From sequence record NZ_CP123987.1: 64,000 bases of DNA; one strand, 5' to 3'. The notes under the pieces are model-generated. The model had not been told where the DNA came from, searched no databases, and worked only from the letters and a program-made list of their open reading frames with translations. A program made the translations under genes and the position numbers. The first letter of the stretch is position 1, and each line of letters opens with the position of its first letter. Positions 58,202 to 64,000 of this stretch are shown here, piece by piece. This stretch comes from a plasmid.

Positions 58202-58807
58202 TTATATCCAGTTTCGTTTTTCAGCTAAATTTACAGCTTCTAAGCGCGAACGTGTTCCTGTCTTACTGAGAATAGAGGAGATATAATTTCTAATAGTACC
58301 TTCAGACAAGAAAAATTTTTGTGCCAATTCTTTAGTTGAAGCACAAGTTTTTAAAGCAGCCAGAATTTCTTGCTCGCGATTTGTTAGGGGATTATCAACA
58401 GTGTTCAAAACACTAGTAACAAGTTTAGGATCAAATACTGCATCACCATTCATTATCATTTTTATTGCATTAACCAAAGAATCACTTGGACTATCTTTTA
58501 ATAAATATCCATTAACCCTTGCTGCAAGGGCGTCTTTGAAATATTTGCTACGTGCAAATGTAGTTAAAATTATGATTTTTATATCTAATTTCATTAGCCG
58601 AAGTTGCTTGGCAATTTCTAATCCAGAAAGTCCTGGCATTTCAATATCCAGAATAGCGACATCTGGTTTTAGCGTAATAACTTTTTCCAATGCTGCCTGA
58701 CCATCTGTTTCAGTTCCGACTACCGAAAAATCATCTTCTAAATCAAGTAACATCGCCAAAGCACTATTTAACATTTGCTGATCTTCAGCCAAAAATATAC
58801 TGACCAT
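58202..58807 (-). CDS. LuxR/NarL-family two-component response regulator
   Basis: Receiver domain with DIEMPGLSGLE. C-terminal LuxR HTH (LTNREQEILAAL...TKELAQKFFLSEGTIRNY). Confidence 0.85.
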   Translation of the reverse strand: MVSIFLAEDQQMLNSALAMLLDLEDDFSVVGTETDGQAALEKVITLKPDVAILDIEMPGLSGLEIAKQLRLMKLDIKIIILTTFARSKYFKDALAARVNGYLLKDSPSDSLVNAIKMIMNGDAVFDPKLVTSVLNTVDNPLTNREQEILAALKTCASTKELAQKFFLSEGTIRNYISSILSKTGTRSRLEAVNLAEKRNWI

Positions 58808-58809
58808 TC

Positions 58810-59931
58810 TTAATCACCCTTTACAATAGGAATACTTATATCTATTTTAGCACCATTGTCATTATCAAAATTAACATTACCATCTAGATAATCAATTCTC
58901 TTTTTTATTCCAGATAAACCAAATGATTTTTTGTAAGATATATTTTTATCAAAACCAATCCCATTATCATGTACAGTTATTAAATATTGATTTTTGTTCT
59001 GACTAAAAGTAACACTAAAGAGATTTCCATGACTGTAGCGAATAGCATTAGTAACCAACTCAGTAATAATTTGACTTATTGTATTTTGAATATCCTTATT
59101 CCAATCTACTGTAATCTCTTCGTTTTTTGTATGTAGCATTATACCAGATTTATCCAGATTAGATTGTTGTATATCCAAAGTTTGTAGTATTGTAGAATGT
59201 TTCATATCTGCTACAATTTCTCTAACCAAGTCTAAATTTTGACGAGAAGCCGCTGCAATGTCTTTTAATTGTTGTTTAGCCAATACTGGATCTTTCTCCA
59301 GTAATTTCTCAGCTAATTCAGCTTTTAGGGCAAGCATAGAAAAGGATTGTCCCAAATTATCATGTAATTGTTGAGCTATTCTATCACGTTCACTGTGCCT
59401 AGTTATTAATTCTAAACGATTATTTTGTTTTCCTAAACGATAGCTCTTTGATAAAGAATTTGAAGCTGGAATTGTTCCAAAAATGAATAAATAATTGATA
59501 ATAGCTGCTGGTACATCTCCCACTGCCATACTGGGTAATGGATAAGCTAGATATAAACTTATCGTAGATAAAACATAATAAGGAACAATCACTAATTTGG
59601 CGTTTTTCATATTAATACTAAAGGTTCCAATAATAAAGCCCGTATAAATATATAAAAATGGATATCTTGCAAAGAAAGAGAGTGTAGCCGCCAAAATTAA
59701 TTGACAAAAGATATTAATAACTACTCCTTTATCTCTGGCTAAAAAACAATCTCTGTAAACTTTGACAAAAATAATTAGTAAAATTAACGTTATATTACGC
59801 ATAATAGTGGGCAATGTAAGTAACACACTTACTGCTGGAAATAACCATAGTAACCAGAAATAAGGAGCTAGTCCTACGTAACTTGGAAATAATACGTGCT
59901 TTTTTAGAAACTTCTTCATTAGTTTTTCCAA
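58810..59931 (-). CDS. Sensor histidine kinase (HisKA_3/DesK-like) with a polytopic N-terminus
   Basis: H-box ERDRIAQQLHDNLGQ and an HATPase_c region (VTNAIRYS, DNGIGF). Confidence 0.8.
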   Translation of the reverse strand: MEKLMKKFLKKHVLFPSYVGLAPYFWLLWLFPAVSVLLTLPTIMRNITLILLIIFVKVYRDCFLARDKGVVINIFCQLILAATLSFFARYPFLYIYTGFIIGTFSINMKNAKLVIVPYYVLSTISLYLAYPLPSMAVGDVPAAIINYLFIFGTIPASNSLSKSYRLGKQNNRLELITRHSERDRIAQQLHDNLGQSFSMLALKAELAEKLLEKDPVLAKQQLKDIAAASRQNLDLVREIVADMKHSTILQTLDIQQSNLDKSGIMLHTKNEEITVDWNKDIQNTISQIITELVTNAIRYSHGNLFSVTFSQNKNQYLITVHDNGIGFDKNISYKKSFGLSGIKKRIDYLDGNVNFDNDNGAKIDISIPIVKGD

Positions 59932-60671
59932 TCCTTTTTTGAAGTAAATATATAACTAATTCCTAGAGCTAAGACTAACACAACAAACCAAATTATTAAA
60001 CCTACAAGCGAATTATAGTTGATGCTATTTCCATGTAAAATGTTATTAGACAAATTTGAAATGTAGTATGTTGGTGTTACTTTACCAATTTTTTGTAGCC
60101 ATTGTGGAAGTACACTAAGCGGCCACCATAAGCCACTACAAATTGCCATAGGAAAAACTAAGATGTTGGCTAAGGCATTGATAACATTACTATCTTTAAA
60201 TGATGAAATCAAAATTCCTAATAAAACGAGAGGCAAACTCATAATAGGAATTAGAATTAATAAAAGTATCCAGACCTTTGTCGGTAATGTGAGATTATTA
60301 ACTAAAATACCGGCTAAACCAATTCCTACAAGACAAAGTAAGTTTAATACTTCAAAAATAATGATCATTTCAATATAATACATAAATTTAGGGAAAGGGC
60401 TTAAATCTATAAATAGTGTAAATTTGCGGTCTATATCGGAACTTAGTGTATGTGCAACAGTCATAATAGATCCAAGTAGAATTCCGTAAATCGCCATACT
60501 TACTAAATAATCTACCTTCCATTGCATTGTATTACTATAATGTGGTAAGGCTTTTGTAAAAAGTAAATAAAAAGTCAAAGGCATTGCTAAATCAAACATG
60601 AAGAATGCCGGATTTCTTAAGATTATGCGTTTAAAATCAATTTCAAGTTGATATAAAAAATTGGTCATCAT
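59919..60671 (-). CDS. ABC-2 type transporter permease
   Basis: Six-transmembrane-segment profile. It overlaps the start of the kinase gene and the ATPase stop. Confidence 0.7.
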   Translation of the reverse strand: MMTNFLYQLEIDFKRIILRNPAFFMFDLAMPLTFYLLFTKALPHYSNTMQWKVDYLVSMAIYGILLGSIMTVAHTLSSDIDRKFTLFIDLSPFPKFMYYIEMIIIFEVLNLLCLVGIGLAGILVNNLTLPTKVWILLLILIPIMSLPLVLLGILISSFKDSNVINALANILVFPMAICSGLWWPLSVLPQWLQKIGKVTPTYYISNLSNNILHGNSINYNSLVGLIIWFVVLVLALGISYIFTSKKDWKN

Positions 60672-61546
60672 TATTCCTCGTTTCTAATTAAAGAGTCCAT
60701 TAATGTGTCTAAGTTTTGTTGTCTAATTTCTAAATTATCAATTGCTGATAAATAGGGGACTAACTGAGTTATTAATCTATTAACATCACTTGTAATAAGT
60801 GTATAATGGTGGTTCAATTCACTTACTCTAAGTACAGCTGGTAATTTATTAAAAATATCTTCTATCAACTCACTATTGAAGGTTACTTGAACCTTTTTTA
60901 ACTGCTTTCCCATTTCATTTAAACTACCATCAAAAATAATCTTTTGATTATGCAGAAAAATAAACCTATTAGCAACTTTTTCTAATTCTTCTAAATAATG
61001 ACTAGTAATTAAAAATGTTTTCCCTTGTTTCTTTAACTCATCGACATGCTTCCAAAATTTAGTGCGACTTTCTGCATCCATTCCTACAGTAGGTTCGTCT
61101 AAGAAAATTAAATCTGGATTCCCGGCTAAAGTAAGAGCGAACTGTAGCTTTCTTTTTTGACCTCCAGATAATTTATCCATAGGATGGTTTGTATAATTTT
61201 GCAACTCTGATAAAGCTAATATCGCTTGATAAGACATAGGATTACGATAATATGTTCTAGTTAATTTAATTATTTCTTTCACTGTTATTCGATCTAAGGA
61301 GATATTTTCTTGCATCATTACTCCAATTAAATTTTTATCAAATTTTTCTTTCTCAAAAATCTTGCTTTGTCCACTATCTTGTTGAATTAACTTCGTAATA
61401 ATATTGATCAAAGTAGATTTCCCAGCACCATTTTTACCAATTAAGGCAACAATTTCTCCAGATTGAATTGAAAAATTAATATCATTTAAAACAACTTTAT
61501 TTTTATATTTTTTATTGATATTTTTTACTTCAAGTGCGGTGGTCAT
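60671..61546 (-). CDS. ABC transporter ATP-binding protein
   Basis: Walker A GKNGAGKST, signature LSGGQKRKL and Walker B LIFLDEPT. Confidence 0.9.
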   Translation of the reverse strand: MTTALEVKNINKKYKNKVVLNDINFSIQSGEIVALIGKNGAGKSTLINIITKLIQQDSGQSKIFEKEKFDKNLIGVMMQENISLDRITVKEIIKLTRTYYRNPMSYQAILALSELQNYTNHPMDKLSGGQKRKLQFALTLAGNPDLIFLDEPTVGMDAESRTKFWKHVDELKKQGKTFLITSHYLEELEKVANRFIFLHNQKIIFDGSLNEMGKQLKKVQVTFNSELIEDIFNKLPAVLRVSELNHHYTLITSDVNRLITQLVPYLSAIDNLEIRQQNLDTLMDSLIRNEE

Positions 61547-62073
61547 AATTTATCATCCTTCCCTGTATTACATCTTCAATATAAACAAAATCAGTTAAGG
61601 TTAATAGAATTGAAAGTCATTACTCTTCGTGACAATTGTCATAAGATGTATGGAATTAATACTATTAAATAAATAATTTCGAATTATGGTGATTTTTATA
61701 AATAACTTGTAATTATGTAAAAATACAGACCTAACTCAGAGCCTAAAATAAATCTATACAAGCCCTTTACATTGCTAAGGAGTTTTTTATGTTGCTTATT
61801 TTATCGCGATGAGTTGAACGTTATATTGATGTATAATAAAATTTTTGATAATATTATTAAGTCAAATTTATTATTGTCAGAGGAGAGCAAAGAAATTAGT
61901 TACGACTAATTTTCATAACACACACAATAATACAGAATTGCGTTTTTATTTTTAAAGGAGGAAGTTATCAAGCTATAAGGAAGATAATTTCATAAAATAT
62001 AAAGAAGGATTAAAATACCAAAGCACCGAACAAGCGGTGTGTATAATACATATTGTAGTTACAAGGGTGAAAC

Positions 62074-63453
62074 ATGATGACAAAACTTTTAATTACTAAC
62101 TATGAGCGGAATGTTTTGATTAATAGCTATCTTTTAAAAAATACACCTGAATTGGATGATATCAGAAGATTGCTTGTACATAATAAACATATCAGTGAAA
62201 ATGATGTGTCAACTGAAATGGCTAGAAGGATCAAGAAGCATAAAGCTGATTGGTTAAGAGTTACATATTTGGACTTAACAAAAGATAAAAGTAGGAGTTC
62301 GTATTATGTAAAAAATGGTGAAAAATTTACGTGCTATTTTTGTAATAAACCTTTGACATCAAAAGCTTATTTTGTTACTGATAAGGATGACAAAGTTTTT
62401 CAGGTTGGTTCAGAATGTGTAAAAAAAATAGCCAATCCAGAATTTATGATTAATTCACAATTGGCTAAAAACTCTAGAGAGCAAAAACGGTTAGAAAAAT
62501 TACAAGCAAATTATCCAGAAGCTATTGAAGTAGCAAAATATAATGTGTTAGCTATTAGATATATGTTCAAATTGGTTTTAAGCAAGAAAGAGTTGGATAA
62601 ATTACAAAATATAGTTAAGAAATGTCACAATATAGTCCGTAGGTATATTAGTGGAAAAGGTAGTGGAACAGGGGATTTGAGTCTTTACACAAAGGAGTTC
62701 AATAGATATAAAAATTGGTTGATGAATTATCACACAGATAATCTAGATACACCATCGAGATTTCCCACTTCTATACTAACAAACATGATTATTACAGGTC
62801 AAAAAGATGAAGCAAATAAGATATATGATAATGTTAGTAAAAGTGATGGAATTATTACTAATGATATAGCTATTAAAATTAAAAATGAAGAATTTTTAAA
62901 TTGGTGTCTATCAAATATGCTAAGATTTGATGGATATGAAAAACATAAGATAACGGTATCGAAGTTTGGTGAATTTAATATGGTAGTTGGTAAAAGACGC
63001 AATAATTATTGGTATAAAGTTGATTCTTCTATCATGTTAAGGATGGCAAATTATCCCAAAATAAAGCCATTGTCAGTCGAACGATTATCATTATTAAAAG
63101 ATGGAATGATTCCAACTCCTGAAACACGTAAAAAATTGATAGCAGATTTCATATTGTTATTAAACAATAATAAATTCCACATATACCATCCAAATTTAAA
63201 AAGGTTATCTGACAGAAATTACAGAAAATATTCTAATAATATATATGTATATTCGAATAAAGGAGATTTAGCGATTTTTAGTATTGATGATATTTTAAAT
63301 AAAATAATGTTAGATTATATTACTACACCAAATTCTGTTAAATTAAACATACACAACCTCGTAGATAATGCGAATAAAATTACTGTAAAAGAATTGACAC
63401 AACAAATTGAAAAAGATATACAAATTGACCAATCAATAAAGGAATTATTTTAA
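62074..63453 (+). CDS. Hypothetical protein (459 aa) sharing the Cys-containing N-terminal module of the giant paralogues
   Basis: FTCYFCNKPL...VGSECVKKI aligns with FCSACGKPL...LGSTCLSD (5178 gene) and KCECGKNL...GVTHFAQH (8557 gene). K/N/I-rich composition. Confidence 0.7.
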   Translation: MMTKLLITNYERNVLINSYLLKNTPELDDIRRLLVHNKHISENDVSTEMARRIKKHKADWLRVTYLDLTKDKSRSSYYVKNGEKFTCYFCNKPLTSKAYFVTDKDDKVFQVGSECVKKIANPEFMINSQLAKNSREQKRLEKLQANYPEAIEVAKYNVLAIRYMFKLVLSKKELDKLQNIVKKCHNIVRRYISGKGSGTGDLSLYTKEFNRYKNWLMNYHTDNLDTPSRFPTSILTNMIITGQKDEANKIYDNVSKSDGIITNDIAIKIKNEEFLNWCLSNMLRFDGYEKHKITVSKFGEFNMVVGKRRNNYWYKVDSSIMLRMANYPKIKPLSVERLSLLKDGMIPTPETRKKLIADFILLLNNNKFHIYHPNLKRLSDRNYRKYSNNIYVYSNKGDLAIFSIDDILNKIMLDYITTPNSVKLNIHNLVDNANKITVKELTQQIEKDIQIDQSIKELF

Positions 63454-63466
63454 AAGGAGATAAAAT

Positions 63467-64000
63467 ATGTTTTGTACTAAATGCGGAGCAAAGAACCCAG
63501 AAGATGCAACTTTTTGTTATAAATGTGGAAATGAAATGTACACAGATAAAACAAGAACTATGGTAGATGATACTACTGATACTACTGACGAAATTGTAGC
63601 AGAAGAAGTTAATCCCCTAATTGATTTTTGGACTAATATTGTTAATTTTGAAGGTAAAATGAATAGACATAACTTCTGGGTTGCTGTGTTCATAATGGCA
63701 CTTATTAACATAGTAATTGTAGCGATATCATATGGTACAGAAGCTATGATATTATGGTATCTTTACGACCTATTCTTCCTTATTGCAACACTATCTGCTT
63801 CCGTGAGAAGATTACACGATATAAATAAAAGCGGTGCATATGTATTACTTAATCTTATACCGCTTGTTGGACAAGTAGCATTGCTGATTATGTTGTTGCA
63901 AGAAAACGAAGTAGATAAAAAGAAGGTCGTAGACGACCCTATAAATAATATGGATGACAAAGGTTTTTATCTTACAGCTGCTGTTTTTATAGGCATTATC
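63467..64000 (+). CDS. Zinc-ribbon plus DUF805 membrane protein; 3' end lies outside the window
   Basis: RBS aaggag. MFCTKCGAKNPEDATFCYKCGNEM is a double CxxC zinc ribbon. Transmembrane helices follow, with the DUF805-like RRLHD motif. The ORF is still open at the window end. Confidence 0.7.
   Translation, partial: MFCTKCGAKNPEDATFCYKCGNEMYTDKTRTMVDDTTDTTDEIVAEEVNPLIDFWTNIVNFEGKMNRHNFWVAVFIMALINIVIVAISYGTEAMILWYLYDLFFLIATLSASVRRLHDINKSGAYVLLNLIPLVGQVALLIMLLQENEVDKKKVVDDPINNMDDKGFYLTAAVFIGII

Noticed and set aside
1-64000. Search for a CRISPR array, tRNA or rRNA genes.
   Set aside because: I found no short regularly spaced direct repeats. I found no tRNA-like T-arm signatures by eye and no rRNA-like conserved segments. 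The integrase at 53989-55107 has no adjacent tRNA.

Overview
This is a 64-kb window from a low-GC Firmicutes chromosome, very probably an acidophilus-group Lactobacillus. Supporting signals are a KxYKxGKxW-signal, LPQTG-anchored PrtP lactocepin, hup, DegV, QueH and an IS1216/ISS1 relic. Core genes alternate with at least four AT-rich accessory islands.

- **Island 1 (1-11.7 kb):** a YeeA/YeeB/YeeC-like cassette (adenine methyltransferase, DEAH helicase, T5orf172/GIY-YIG-like protein). An operon follows it: two giant paralogous Lys/Glu/Asn-rich proteins (1098 and 811 aa) of no recognisable family plus a translationally coupled small secreted Tyr/Arg/Ser/His-rich protein. A third paralogue of the giant-protein N-domain lies at 62.1 kb next to a zinc-ribbon/DUF805 membrane protein. 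This family is the best candidate for an undescribed system.
- **Core block (11.8-17.8 kb):** amino-acid permease, a frameshifted alanine dehydrogenase, queH, DegV and a GNAT acetyltransferase.
- **Island 2 (17.9-27.5 kb):** a type I R-M locus whose hsdR is split by a 17-bp tandem duplication, with hsdM and an hsdS carrying ~205-bp internal direct repeats. It is followed by an overlapping two-gene module (unknown 264-aa protein plus a Clp-D2-like AAA+ ATPase), a second candidate novel defence module.
- **Core continues:** hup, prtP (1532 aa), an RHH protein and an SPFH protein.
- **Island 3 (34-44.7 kb):** a YjcQ-like gene with an in-frame stop, an FNR-type oxidoreductase, a complete IS200/IS605 element (tnpA, tnpB and a putative omega-RNA end), dps, a Crp/Fnr regulator frameshifted in an A6 tract, a truncated IS3 orfB, a full-length but frameshifted IS1216/ISS1 copy, a CopZ-like metallochaperone, a P1B-type ATPase, an IS6 remnant, an intact IS3-family element and a 25-bp inverted-repeat palindrome.
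- **44.9-54 kb:** a LysR-regulated quinate/shikimate-type catabolic cluster (two MFS permeases, TIM-barrel dehydratase-like protein, SDR, FMN/FAD flavin reductase, AroE-like dehydrogenase, type I dehydroquinase).
- **54-57.2 kb:** a tyrosine integrase, three small genes (two paralogous) and a C-terminally truncated bile-salt-hydrolase-family gene.
- **57.3-61.5 kb:** a tyrosine phosphatase, a LuxR-type response regulator, a HisKA_3 kinase and an ABC-2 transporter.

I found no rRNA, tRNA or CRISPR array.
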